DNA from: Steroidobacteraceae bacterium
GTDB lineage: Bacteria > Pseudomonadota > Gammaproteobacteria > Steroidobacterales > Steroidobacteraceae
Length of the DNA: 64,000 nt
Reading direction: 5' to 3'
Assembly (NCBI GenBank): GCA_050738595.1
Contig: JBOHZR010000141.1
Location: 12,531-76,530, forward strand
Shown here: positions 19,255-28,520 of the stretch, one piece after another
Numbering within the stretch: position 1 is the stretch's first letter
How the letters are laid out: each line of letters begins with the position of its first letter
Position numbers and translations under genes: made by a program
The notes under the pieces: generated by a model
What the model saw: only the letters and a program-made list of their open reading frames with translations
The model's database searches: none
What the model was told of the DNA's origin: nothing

Positions 19255-20582
19255 CGTCCGACCTCCGGCTCCCTGACAGCGTTGCGATCATTGCCGACCT
19301 CGAGCTCCTTCTGGGTGAGGCCTTTGAGACACAGGAGCCCTTCTATCCACAGGGCGTACTTGCGGTCGACGCTGACGATCGGCGCGTCCTCTGCATCTGC
19401 CGTGACGAGCTGCACAACTTTCCGCCCGATTTCCTCATCGAGCGCCTGCGCCGCGCCGCCCGTGAGCATGACCTGAGCCACCTTGGACAGATCCGCCATC
19501 GGAAGGCCGGGACCACGCCCGCTCGCGAATCGCTCCAGAGCGAGGAACAGACAGCCGTAAGACAGGAGTGGCCCGCTGGGATCATACGCGTCCTCCCGCA
19601 TTGCCCGAAAGATCTCCGGTGACTTGCGGCCCTCGACGACGGCCAGGAACTCGTACAGCCGAGGATGGGCGCGCAACTGCATGATCAACGAATCCCGCGA
19701 GGCAAAGATGCCGAGGTCCGTGAACACGTGCCGTCCCACCGAGGTACCTGTGAGAGGACGTTCGGGACTGTCGTCGCGGACGATCTCCGTCGTGTAATGC
19801 AGATCGGTGGTCGCTCCCCCAATGTCGAGCAGCAGACAAGGGGAGAAAACCACCACGCTCGATTGATTGGCGATCGCCTGCTGAAAGCCACGGTTGGCGA
19901 CCTCAGGGGTCGGCCGCACGCCGCGCCGAAGCCTCTCCGGGAGTTCACTCACACCCTCCTTGAAGATCAGATCATCGAGGTACGCACGTCGCACAGCCTC
20001 GAACACGCTCGGCTGGTTTCCCGCGAGGGACGTCGCGAGAGGATTGGCGATGACGATCGCATCCGCGAATCGATCGAGCAGCGCCGCGCTCTCGAATCGA
20101 TTCCCGCAATAAACGAGCGTACGGAACCGATACCGTGCAGGGTCGAATCGCTCGAGGTGTGTCCTCAACGGGGCTGCGTCCGGACAGTCGACACCGCCGG
20201 CGATGATGAGCAGGTCCACCATGCCGTGCGCGGAGGGTTCCTCGTCGAAGGAATCGACGAACACTGGATTCGCGCCCGCGAGGAGCACTTGGTTGCGCAC
20301 CGCAGAACCGCTGTATTCTTTCGAAAGGCAAAGTATGCCGACCCGCAGCCCCCCATTCGCCGACGAGGAGATGAGGATATCGTCCGTCTCGATGTCGGCC
20401 CCCGTCGCCGCGAGGAGACTGCCGACTTGAGACGCAATGCCCGCCGTGAAGTCACGCGGGTGGAACTGCTGTGAACAAATCTCTCCGGATGGCCCGATCC
20501 GCGCAACCTTCACGATCGTAGATCCAATATCGATCGCAAAACGGGCCGTGGTGCGATCCGAAGGTCTCGTCGTATCGTCCAT
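19251..20582 (-). CDS. glmL: glutamate mutase accessory protein (GlmL/MutL family, ASKHA-like)
   Basis: 443 aa. FAIDIGSTIVKVA and LLDIGGATTDL phosphate-binding-type motifs. Sits directly after the E subunit, as in clostridial mutase operons. Confidence 0.6.
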   Translation of the reverse strand: MDDTTRPSDRTTARFAIDIGSTIVKVARIGPSGEICSQQFHPRDFTAGIASQVGSLLAATGADIETDDILISSSANGGLRVGILCLSKEYSGSAVRNQVLLAGANPVFVDSFDEEPSAHGMVDLLIIAGGVDCPDAAPLRTHLERFDPARYRFRTLVYCGNRFESAALLDRFADAIVIANPLATSLAGNQPSVFEAVRRAYLDDLIFKEGVSELPERLRRGVRPTPEVANRGFQQAIANQSSVVVFSPCLLLDIGGATTDLHYTTEIVRDDSPERPLTGTSVGRHVFTDLGIFASRDSLIMQLRAHPRLYEFLAVVEGRKSPEIFRAMREDAYDPSGPLLSYGCLFLALERFASGRGPGLPMADLSKVAQVMLTGGAAQALDEEIGRKVVQLVTADAEDAPIVSVDRKYALWIEGLLCLKGLTQKELEVGNDRNAVREPEVGR

Positions 20583-20586
20583 TGCA

Positions 20587-21993
20587 TCAGGACATCAGGT
20601 TGATATCGGCAAGCAGCTGTCGATAGGTTCGACTCGACTGGTCTGGCTTGCCCTGCAGAAGGTCGTGCTCCTCGCGGAGATCATGGCCCGAGATCGGGAC
20701 GGCGCCTGGGTCAACGATACGGATCGAGCGGTTGGCGTCCCGCCGGGAGAGGAGGCGATTCGCGTTGTCCGCGTGAGGCGAGAACGGAACATCCAGGTAG
20801 CCGAGCTGAAAAGCTCGAAAGACGCTCTCCCAGAACGCATCGCCCGAGAGAGCGAATACAGCCTCGAGAATGCTGCGGGCCTCGGAGCCGATGACGGCGA
20901 TCTCGCGCTCGACTACCGCGCTACCGAGCGGCTCGGCGGACGCAAACACCGTCATGGCATATCGGACGGTCTCGACCGCTTCCGCATTGATCTCGGAGCT
21001 GGGCACGCCCATGGCCTCGTCGACTGTCTTCACGACCACCTTATCCGCATTCACGAGCGAGGCGATCACGCTGGCGCCTGCAATGAGTGCCGCCGCCTTG
21101 GATCGACTTTGCGGGAATTGACCCATCCACTGGTGATAAACGAGGAACGTCTCAACGTCCTCGAATCCGAACTTTTCTAGATACTCGCGGGCGGTTTTCC
21201 TGAGCACGACCGCAGTGGCTAAGTCCTGCGTGAATGAGCCGGTCTGTCCGTAACTCACGGCGAAGCTCTTGACGCCCTGCTCAGCGGCAAGCAGCAGCTC
21301 AATCACCTCGATTGCAACGGCGATCGCGGGGGGAACCAGCGTCGCCGTCAAGGGACCGAAGCTCTCGCGATGAATCGGTCGATCCTCGGTCGAATAAAGG
21401 GCGCAAACCCGATCGACATACTGCCAGTAGAGCAGCGCTCGGTCGAGCGGGAAACCCTCGGAATAAGGCAGGCAATAACATATACCGCCCCCCTCGATCT
21501 CGGCGATGCCAGATGCGATTGCAATCTCGACGAGTAGTCGTGCGTCGGGCGTACCGTGACGGAGACTCACGGGCTTCTCAAGGTCCGTGTAAAGCGCGCG
21601 CGTGACCTCATGACCGTGGCACACGAGAGGATAGCCGTTGAGATAGTTTTTCGCCTCCTCCTCGCTGCGCTTGAGTAGATGCATCGCGGTACCGTACTGG
21701 TTCTGCCGCGTGCAGCTGTCTATGGTGAGTGGTATGAAATCTGCGCCCGCGCTACTCAACCTCTGGGTCAGCTCGAATTGCGCCTCGAAGAGCGGGAAAC
21801 CGCCGCGCGGCTGCAGGTACGGCCGCCGGTCGCGCTCGGCGTACACGACACGCGGAAATCTGCGGCGAGGGATCTTCCGTAGGAATTCCGCGACCTCCTC
21901 CGTCGAGATACCTCGCGCGAAGCTGCTGGCGAGCACGTGCTCGCGCTGACTCGTCACGTCACGGAGTCGGGCTCGAACGGTCGGAGGCGCCAA
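20587..21993 (-). CDS. glmE: methylaspartate (glutamate) mutase, E catalytic subunit
   Basis: 468 aa. Collinear by eye with clostridial GlmE: TIDSCTRQNQY, RHGTPDARLL, EGGGICYCLPY, FGPLTATLVPP, LLAAEQGVK, HQWMGQFPQSRSKA, VVKTVDEAMGVP. The start is TTG 21993 or GTG 21957. Confidence 0.85.
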   Translation of the reverse strand: MAPPTVRARLRDVTSQREHVLASSFARGISTEEVAEFLRKIPRRRFPRVVYAERDRRPYLQPRGGFPLFEAQFELTQRLSSAGADFIPLTIDSCTRQNQYGTAMHLLKRSEEEAKNYLNGYPLVCHGHEVTRALYTDLEKPVSLRHGTPDARLLVEIAIASGIAEIEGGGICYCLPYSEGFPLDRALLYWQYVDRVCALYSTEDRPIHRESFGPLTATLVPPAIAVAIEVIELLLAAEQGVKSFAVSYGQTGSFTQDLATAVVLRKTAREYLEKFGFEDVETFLVYHQWMGQFPQSRSKAAALIAGASVIASLVNADKVVVKTVDEAMGVPSSEINAEAVETVRYAMTVFASAEPLGSAVVEREIAVIGSEARSILEAVFALSGDAFWESVFRAFQLGYLDVPFSPHADNANRLLSRRDANRSIRIVDPGAVPISGHDLREEHDLLQGKPDQSSRTYRQLLADINLMS

Positions 21994-22420
21994 GCGTCAG
22001 GTCCTTTTTTAGATCAGCGATTGCGATGCTGATGTCGGGCTGCTGATGATAGACGCGGTCGAAGCCGAATTGTCTGAACAATCTCGTCACATCTTCGCGA
22101 TCGCGCTGCCCCACGACGATGTTGCCACCGACGTAGAGCAGGATCCCACCGAGTCCGACGGAGACGAACTGGCGCCGGAAGTCGGCACACCAATGCTCGC
22201 CCTCTCCGTTGAGCGACGAGACGAACACCGCCTGCGCATTCGTCTCGAGCGCCGCGTGACAGAAATGGACCGGGCGGTTGCGAGTACGGATGTTGAAAAC
22301 CGCGAAGCCCGATTCCTCGAGTGCGAGCTGCATGATCCGATTGCCGACGACGTGGATATCATCGCCGATCACCCCGATGACGACCCGGCCAAGGGACTGC
22401 TTGGCGGGCGTCTCCTTCAC
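21959..22420 (-). CDS. glmS: methylaspartate (glutamate) mutase, S cobalamin-binding subunit (not glucosamine-6-P synthase)
   Basis: ORF 21959-22645 trimmed to the GTG at aa 76, giving a GTGA overlap with the ligase stop. VVIGVIGDDIHVVGN carries the DxHxxG cobalamin-His motif; also VSSLNGEGE and LYVGGNIVVG...FGFDRVY. Confidence 0.8.
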   Translation of the reverse strand: MKETPAKQSLGRVVIGVIGDDIHVVGNRIMQLALEESGFAVFNIRTRNRPVHFCHAALETNAQAVFVSSLNGEGEHWCADFRRQFVSVGLGGILLYVGGNIVVGQRDREDVTRLFRQFGFDRVYHQQPDISIAIADLKKDLTLGASDRSSPTP

Positions 22421-24003
22421 TGCTGCACGCGTCCGCGCTCTGCCTGGCCGTGCGCGAGCCCGAGCCGCTCGAAAGTGGCTTCCCTGATTCGCTTGCGGTC
22501 GAGCTTGCCGGCATTGCCAGTGATCGGAAACGAATCGAAATGAAGCAAGTAGGCTGGAACCATATGGTTCGGTAGACACCCCTTGAGAAACCGGCGCAGC
22601 GTCGCTTCCGGGATTTGCCTTCCGCTCAACGTCGTATACGCGCACGCGACATCCTCGCCCACGCTGATGTTGGGCACGGCGAACGCGACTGCGTCCACGA
22701 TCTCGGGATGTCGCACAGTCTCGACCTCGACCTCGGTGGGGCTGACCCTGAATCCGCGTGTCTTGATCATCTCGTCACCGCGCGCGACGAAGTAAAGGTA
22801 TCCTTCCTCGTCCCGATGCACGCGATCTCCGCTGAAGACGAGCGTCTCGCCCGGAAATCTCGGATGCGATCGAAATACGCGGTCCGTGTTTTCGGGATCG
22901 TTCCAATAGCCCTTGGTGACCGTAGCGCCGCGATGCACGAGCTCGCCTACTACGCCGGCCGGACACTCCTCCCCTTTCTCGTCGAGTACCATCACCTGGC
23001 AATCCGGGATCGCCTTGCCGATGGAGGTCGGATGCTGGTCGAGCTTCGATGGATCGAGATAGGTCGACCGGAAGGCCTCGGTGAGGCCGAACATCGAGAA
23101 GATCTGAGCCGATGGGAATGTGCGCCGGACGTCGTGGATCATCTCGTCCGAGAGCCGGCCGCCCGTCGAGCAGATGTAGCGAAGCGCCGAGAAGTCGCGT
23201 CCGGTGGTGTTGACCGGCAGCCGCTTGTCGAAGATCTTCGTGATGAACACGGGCATGAGCGGGAGTGCCGTAATGCGCTCGTTCGCGAGCAGCGCGAACA
23301 GGTCGGCCGGAAGCGCGAGGTCGTGCAAATGGAGGCTGCAGCCCTTGCGAAGCGTCTGCCAGATCTGATTGAGCCCGTAATCGAAATTGAAGGAGAGAAC
23401 GCAGCCGATCCGCTCGTCTTCGCGCGTATCGAGATACTCCGCGATGATGTCCGCGCCATCGGCAAGGTTGCGATGGGAGATCAGGATCCCCTTTGGCCGG
23501 CCGGTCGATCCGGAGGAGTAAATGATCGCCGCATTGTCGTTTCCGATCCGTTCGTAGATGAGACGCGGCTCGATGTGCTCACGCATGTAAGCAATGTTCG
23601 GGAATTTGGCGTCGAGCGCGCCGTGACCAACCAGGAGCTTTACCAGCGAGGCGAACTCGGCGACCTCACTCATCCTGTCGGAGTCGGTGATCATCGCCGT
23701 CATCCCCGAGTTCTCGATGATGTGACGTACGTTCGCAGGCTTGAGCCGCGGCAGGATGGGCACGACGACGGCATTTGCGAACAGCACACCCAGGATCGCG
23801 GACACTTGGTCGACCGTCTTCTCCATGCAGATGCCGACGCGATCCCCGCTCCGGATGCCGATGTCACGCAGACATGCGGCGGTCGCCTGTGCCTCCCGAG
23901 CAAGAGCAGCGAAGGTGACGCGGCGCGCGGGGGAGATGATCGCGAGCTTCTCTGGGAGCCTCGCAGCCGTGTCCAGCAGAAAGGCGGGAATCGATCGCAT
24001 CAT
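22417..24003 (-). CDS. acyl-CoA ligase (AMP-forming), exosortase A system-associated type, copy 2
   Basis: 528 aa. IIYSSGSTGRPKGI, SFNFDYGLNQI and FSGDRVHRDEEGYLYFVARGDEMIKTRGFRVSPTEVE. ATGA overlap with the upstream ACP stop. Paralog of 12152-13774. Confidence 0.8.
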   Translation of the reverse strand: MMRSIPAFLLDTAARLPEKLAIISPARRVTFAALAREAQATAACLRDIGIRSGDRVGICMEKTVDQVSAILGVLFANAVVVPILPRLKPANVRHIIENSGMTAMITDSDRMSEVAEFASLVKLLVGHGALDAKFPNIAYMREHIEPRLIYERIGNDNAAIIYSSGSTGRPKGILISHRNLADGADIIAEYLDTREDERIGCVLSFNFDYGLNQIWQTLRKGCSLHLHDLALPADLFALLANERITALPLMPVFITKIFDKRLPVNTTGRDFSALRYICSTGGRLSDEMIHDVRRTFPSAQIFSMFGLTEAFRSTYLDPSKLDQHPTSIGKAIPDCQVMVLDEKGEECPAGVVGELVHRGATVTKGYWNDPENTDRVFRSHPRFPGETLVFSGDRVHRDEEGYLYFVARGDEMIKTRGFRVSPTEVEVETVRHPEIVDAVAFAVPNISVGEDVACAYTTLSGRQIPEATLRRFLKGCLPNHMVPAYLLHFDSFPITGNAGKLDRKRIREATFERLGLAHGQAERGRVQQ

Positions 24004-24257
24004 GGCTGCGAGCTCACGGTGCCTCGCCTCTTCTCAACGAGCCGAAGCAGGTCGGACAACCGCGCAAGGTTCTCACGGACGAGATCTTCGGGCTCGAACT
24101 CGATGCCGAACTCCGACTGCGCGAAAACGGCGAGACTCACGATGCTGAAGGAATCCAGGATTTGGGTTTTCAGCAGATCGGCGTCGGCCGAAATCTCTCC
24201 TGAGAATCCGGTTTCGCGTCGAATGTAATCTCTCAAAATCTCAAGTTCCGAGGCCAT
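24000..24257 (-). CDS. stand-alone acyl carrier protein
   Basis: 85 aa. LKTQILDSFSIVSLAVFAQSEFGIEFEPEDL, with the carrier serine in LDSF. Confidence 0.7.
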   Translation of the reverse strand: MASELEILRDYIRRETGFSGEISADADLLKTQILDSFSIVSLAVFAQSEFGIEFEPEDLVRENLARLSDLLRLVEKRRGTVSSQP

Positions 24258-24328
24258 CTGTAGTCTTCTTTTCTGCCAAATCTGAATGCGAGCTCATCCC
24301 GTCGCGACCACCACCGACCCGCCCCCTC

Positions 24329-25105
24329 TCAGCTCGAAAGCGCTGCCGGGTACAACGCTATTCTTGCGCGAGACCTGCCACTCGGCGAGAGGTAGAGATA
24401 AGGAGCGATTGTAGAGGCGATTATCTCGACTGACCAGAACTTGAAGATAACGGCCGCTCCCACCCTGCGCCACCGGAGATGCCCATGCGCGCGGCGCGAT
24501 GCTATGTTGAATCGCGTCAGACGGCTGAACGACCAGCTGATGCCTCGAGCTCGCAAATACTCGTTTGTGCCATGCCAGAGGCCGGCGAAACCGAGGCCCA
24601 TCCGATACTCCGGAAGCACGACGAGATCGAAATCGAACACGGCCTGGCCGCGCGGATTCACGATGAACGTGCACCGCGCCTCATCCTCCTCGTAGCGCTC
24701 GAAGCAGAGCCAGACATAGCCGATCAGGTGCTCCCCGGAATACGTCCCGAGGCATATCGAGCTCTGCGAGAATCGCGCGTGCTGCACGGCTTGAGGGGCG
24801 ACGACGGCGGCAAGGTCCGGATGGCCCCGTTCGAGAACCCGGACGCTGAGCTTGCGCGCGAGGCGCGACGGCAGGATCGGTGTCGGCGAAATCGGCTGCA
24901 CCATGAGCTCGTAGACCAGCACTCGCAGCTGCGGTGATAGACGCGACAGCACGCGGTCGAGCGCGTAGAGCGTTCCGCATAGCAGGCCGAACTCCTGAAA
25001 GGGACTGATGAGCCGCCTCCACATAGCGCGGCCTAGGCTACACTCGGCCGCCGTATCGAGCCTGGGTCCATGTCCGAATGGTGGCTTGTTCCGCGCGACA
25101 TACAC
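24329..25105 (-). CDS. GNAT-like acyltransferase
   Basis: 258 aa with a GTG start. Acetyltransferase motif-A-like LVVLPEYRMGLGFAGLW (RxxGxG). By-eye call. Confidence 0.5.
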   Translation of the reverse strand: MYVARNKPPFGHGPRLDTAAECSLGRAMWRRLISPFQEFGLLCGTLYALDRVLSRLSPQLRVLVYELMVQPISPTPILPSRLARKLSVRVLERGHPDLAAVVAPQAVQHARFSQSSICLGTYSGEHLIGYVWLCFERYEEDEARCTFIVNPRGQAVFDFDLVVLPEYRMGLGFAGLWHGTNEYLRARGISWSFSRLTRFNIASRRAHGHLRWRRVGAAVIFKFWSVEIIASTIAPYLYLSPSGRSRARIALYPAALSS

Positions 25106-25261
25106 GCATCGAGACCGTCATCCCGTGGCGCAATCTTAAGGTAAATAATAGGGTTATTGGTGCAAGAGGCACCGGTCGTGCGTCGCACAATTCGACCATC
25201 GCGCGGATTCGATGCTGAGAAGCTTCCGAAGTGCGAAATCGATCAGAATCGCGGGCAGGCG

Positions 25262-26008
25262 CTATTTCGCGTCCGCCCGCGATAGGTGCTGGGCACTTTC
25301 CCTCGATTCCGCTGCTTCGAGTTTCTTCTTGAGTCCCGTGAGCGGATAACCGGCATCATAAGCGACCTTCGCCAAGCGCTTTGCGGTCGCCAGGTCGCCG
25401 ATCGCGAGGTAGTAGAGTGCTACGCTGTAGTTTACGTCCGGCGAGGTCGGATCGATCCGCAGCGCCGCATTGTACTGAGCCTTCGCGGCGTCCAACACGC
25501 GCCGATCCATGAAGCCGGGATGGTCATATCCGGCGCACTGGAGGGTTAGTCTGGTGAGGGGGTTCTTGACGCTCGTACACCCGAGCAAATAGTTCCCGTA
25601 GATCACCCGGGCTCCTGCGTCGTCGGGCCGGAACGCAACGGCACGCTTGAAATAGCATTCTGCCGGCCGGTCGGGGAGGAATTTGCCGTTTTCGAACGCG
25701 TACCGCTCGAGCGTCTGCAGCGCGCGGTAATGGTTCGGAAAAGCCCGCAGAGTGTAATCGAGATCCTCGATCAGGCTCCCGGTGTTGCCGTGAAGGAGTG
25801 AGGCAACGTCCTCTGTGTAGTGAAACGATTCGACCTTGTGCAGCGCATCCGGGTCACTCCAAGCCGCCGGATCCCGATAGTCGAACGGGCCAAACGCATT
25901 CCGAAGCGTGCCGCATCCGGGAACGACCTGCGCAGCCGCCAGGGAACCGAAGGAGAGTACGGTAAGTGCGAAGACCAGCTTTGCGCAGGTCGCGAACCTT
26001 CTCGGCAC
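25262..26008 (-). CDS. secreted TPR-repeat protein
   Basis: 248 aa. Signal peptide LVFALTVLSFGSLAAAQ and TPR-like helices (AVAFRPDDAGARVIYGNYLL, ALRIDPTSPDVNYSVALYYLAIGDLATA). Confidence 0.6.
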   Translation of the reverse strand: MPRRFATCAKLVFALTVLSFGSLAAAQVVPGCGTLRNAFGPFDYRDPAAWSDPDALHKVESFHYTEDVASLLHGNTGSLIEDLDYTLRAFPNHYRALQTLERYAFENGKFLPDRPAECYFKRAVAFRPDDAGARVIYGNYLLGCTSVKNPLTRLTLQCAGYDHPGFMDRRVLDAAKAQYNAALRIDPTSPDVNYSVALYYLAIGDLATAKRLAKVAYDAGYPLTGLKKKLEAAESRESAQHLSRADAK

Positions 26009-26091
26009 CGCCCCACCTCCAGCCTCTTGAAACGCCGAGGTAGATTAGCACAGGCGGCGCTGCCCGAGCAGCCGAGCCGGGACCCGGGCGG

Positions 26092-28278
26092 TCAGGAGCG
26101 TGGAACGAACGCGAACTGCGGAGTGTCGCTCGCTCCGTCCGCCTGTGGAGTGTAGTTCGGTGCAGACTGAATCAGCGCGTACGCCGGGATAGCCCCCGAT
26201 ACGCCCGCATCGATCGCCTGCGCCACGATCGAGATGTGAAGCGCCCAGTATCCAGAGCCGGAATTCGACGTGTCCGCATTGCCTATCGCGCTGTCCGAGT
26301 CATGCTGAAACAGCGTGTCCCCAGAATTGGCCGTAATTGTCGTCGAGAGGCTGTTCGCATGCACGTACGCTGCGTACGCCTGCGCAATGGTCAGGAATAC
26401 CGGAGCAGCCGGATTGCCGCTCGCCAGATACGGCCGCTCGTAAATGCCGGCTCGACGAAAGTTCCACGTGGAATTGTTACCTATCGTTAGCAACGTATCG
26501 AGGTAAACGAAATTGCGAATCGATTCCAGATCGGACTGGTTCGACAGGTTTTCAATGCCGAGATCCGCAATGTGTCCGAGCGCCATGCCCTGGAAGGCAA
26601 CCATCCAGGAGCCACCCCAAAATTGGGTGGCCGGATAATTGGAGGCGGTGTACTGATCATATTGCCCGAGCCAGCCGATCGAGTTCTTGAATGCACCCTG
26701 ATAGGTCGATCCGAGAACGTAGCGTTGATTCGTCCACTGAGCGGTGTCGTGGATGCTCTGGACATAGGCGGCAGCGAGCGCGGCGTCCGCTGCCGGCAGC
26801 GCGGCGCCGTTGAGGCTGGTGGGGGTGATCGCCGCCACCTGACCCGCGGTGCGCCAGGCCCAGGCGGCACCGCGAGTCGTAAGCGGTGCGTTGATGCACG
26901 CAAGCACGCCGCCCCCGAAGCGGGTCGGGGGGTTCGATTCGATGATATTCGTCATTGCAGCGAACTGCAGTGACTCGAGCTGGGTCCATCGACCCTCGAT
27001 CACATACGCCAGATAGCCGATCGAGGGGTGATGAGGAATGTCCCAGGCGCCGTTGTTGCCGCCGGTAGGCGTCGGAGGCTGCGTACCCCATCCTGTCGTG
27101 AACGTCGTATTGGGGTAGCTCAGATAATTGGCGACACGTCCCGTCGTCTCGTCTCGATAGTGGATCGGCCAGCGGCCAGCGCCGCGATTATTGCTGATGG
27201 TTGCCACATAGGCCCGCGAATCCGCCGTCGTGCAGTAAAGCGCTTCCCATTGCGGGAGGATGCCGATCGACGCCTGATATCCCGCATTCCCCATCGGATT
27301 CACGTAGTTGCCGAGCGCGAAGGGCGTGGGATTCAAGGCAGATGCGAAGCCCGCGAATGCCGCCGGCGAGGGATTCGCATACCCATAGCTGGGTACCATC
27401 TTCGTTGCGCGGAGGTAAGCTGGGTTGTGGCTCGGTGTCAGCAAAGGATTCGTCCCGATCCAGTCGACGCGCGACCACCGAGTATGCGAATAGTGACTCA
27501 GGCTCCCCGAGAACACCACCGCGCCTCCGACATTGAGGCTGATCGTGTAATCCCGCTCCCCAGGCGCCGCGACGCCGATCCATCCGTTCTCGACGACCGT
27601 CTCGATTTCCGTCGAGCCGTTGGAATAGCACCGCACGAAGAACCACAGTGCCACGTGCGCGTCTGACGTGGGGCAGTAATAGTGAAACTCGGACATCACC
27701 GGTCCCAGGATCTGGCGTACGCGCCCGCCCTTCCCCTTGTTCCACGTGGACAGATCAACGCCGAGGCACGACTGCAGCGTATAGGTCCCCGTCACCTGGC
27801 CGGAGAACGTTGCCGTAACGGTGAGGCTCGTGGGTTCGGGGACGTTCGAGCCGGAAGGGGCTGTCGCGGTGGTTGACAATCTGATGACGTTCGGGACGTT
27901 CTGCGTGAACTGCGCAATCCCGCTCAGCACGGCGTATTTCACGCTCCCGTCCGGCCATCTGTTGCGGACCACGGCCTGCGAGCTCGCGGCGCTCGTCGCG
28001 ATGTAATGACCTGACGGCACATCACCCTGACGAAAAACGTGCCCGAACGTCCAGCCGTACGTGCCGGACGGAGCTGCACTCGTCAGGCCGAGTGTCGGCA
28101 GCCCGACGCCTACCGGGCCGCACGAAGTCGTAGTAGAGATCCCTCCAGCGACGGTCAACCGCATCGGCGGGCATAGCGTTGACGCGAACGCAAGTCCTGA
28201 TGTCGCGGTTCCGGCCACACCCGTGGCCGCGATCAGGAATTCGCGTCTGCTGAGATCCTTCGACCCCTGCTCTTTCAC
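26092..28278 (-). CDS. large Tat-signal secreted protein of unknown function
   Basis: 728 aa. SRREFLIAATGVAGTATSGLAFA twin-arginine signal and an STLCPP-x13-TSC module after the signal. No catalytic family recognised. Confidence 0.55.
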   Translation of the reverse strand: MKEQGSKDLSRREFLIAATGVAGTATSGLAFASTLCPPMRLTVAGGISTTTSCGPVGVGLPTLGLTSAAPSGTYGWTFGHVFRQGDVPSGHYIATSAASSQAVVRNRWPDGSVKYAVLSGIAQFTQNVPNVIRLSTTATAPSGSNVPEPTSLTVTATFSGQVTGTYTLQSCLGVDLSTWNKGKGGRVRQILGPVMSEFHYYCPTSDAHVALWFFVRCYSNGSTEIETVVENGWIGVAAPGERDYTISLNVGGAVVFSGSLSHYSHTRWSRVDWIGTNPLLTPSHNPAYLRATKMVPSYGYANPSPAAFAGFASALNPTPFALGNYVNPMGNAGYQASIGILPQWEALYCTTADSRAYVATISNNRGAGRWPIHYRDETTGRVANYLSYPNTTFTTGWGTQPPTPTGGNNGAWDIPHHPSIGYLAYVIEGRWTQLESLQFAAMTNIIESNPPTRFGGGVLACINAPLTTRGAAWAWRTAGQVAAITPTSLNGAALPAADAALAAAYVQSIHDTAQWTNQRYVLGSTYQGAFKNSIGWLGQYDQYTASNYPATQFWGGSWMVAFQGMALGHIADLGIENLSNQSDLESIRNFVYLDTLLTIGNNSTWNFRRAGIYERPYLASGNPAAPVFLTIAQAYAAYVHANSLSTTITANSGDTLFQHDSDSAIGNADTSNSGSGYWALHISIVAQAIDAGVSGAIPAYALIQSAPNYTPQADGASDTPQFAFVPRS

Positions 28279-28520
28279 TGCACGTCTCCGCTCGGATTGA
28301 GGGCGCCCTCGAGGCCTTAGTAGGCGCTTCGCTATTTATACCGAACCATTTCCGCCGTGCAACTGTAGCCGTCCGGCGTCAATGTGCCGCAGACTGTCCG
28401 AGTGTCGATTCACGCGCTTGATGCGATGCGCACAGGCCTTTTGCCACGTTATGTTTTGCCAGCTCGGGCAGTCGCGTGTGACCAAAGTCTCATTTTCAAT
28501 CAAATCCTGCCGAATTCGAC

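Noticed and set aside
22615-24228. 537-aa plus-strand ORF
   Set aside because: It is exactly antisense to the acyl-CoA ligase and ACP genes, whose products carry clear ANL and PP-binding motifs. Its own translation is Arg/Asp/His-rich with no recognisable motif. This is a typical shadow ORF in GC-rich DNA.
25106-25261. Possible cobalamin riboswitch or terminator upstream of the GNAT/ACP/mutase gene string
   Set aside because: No B12-box-like sequence or conserved riboswitch core was recognised on the minus strand. There is only a 5-bp GGTGC/GCACC hairpin without a U-tract.
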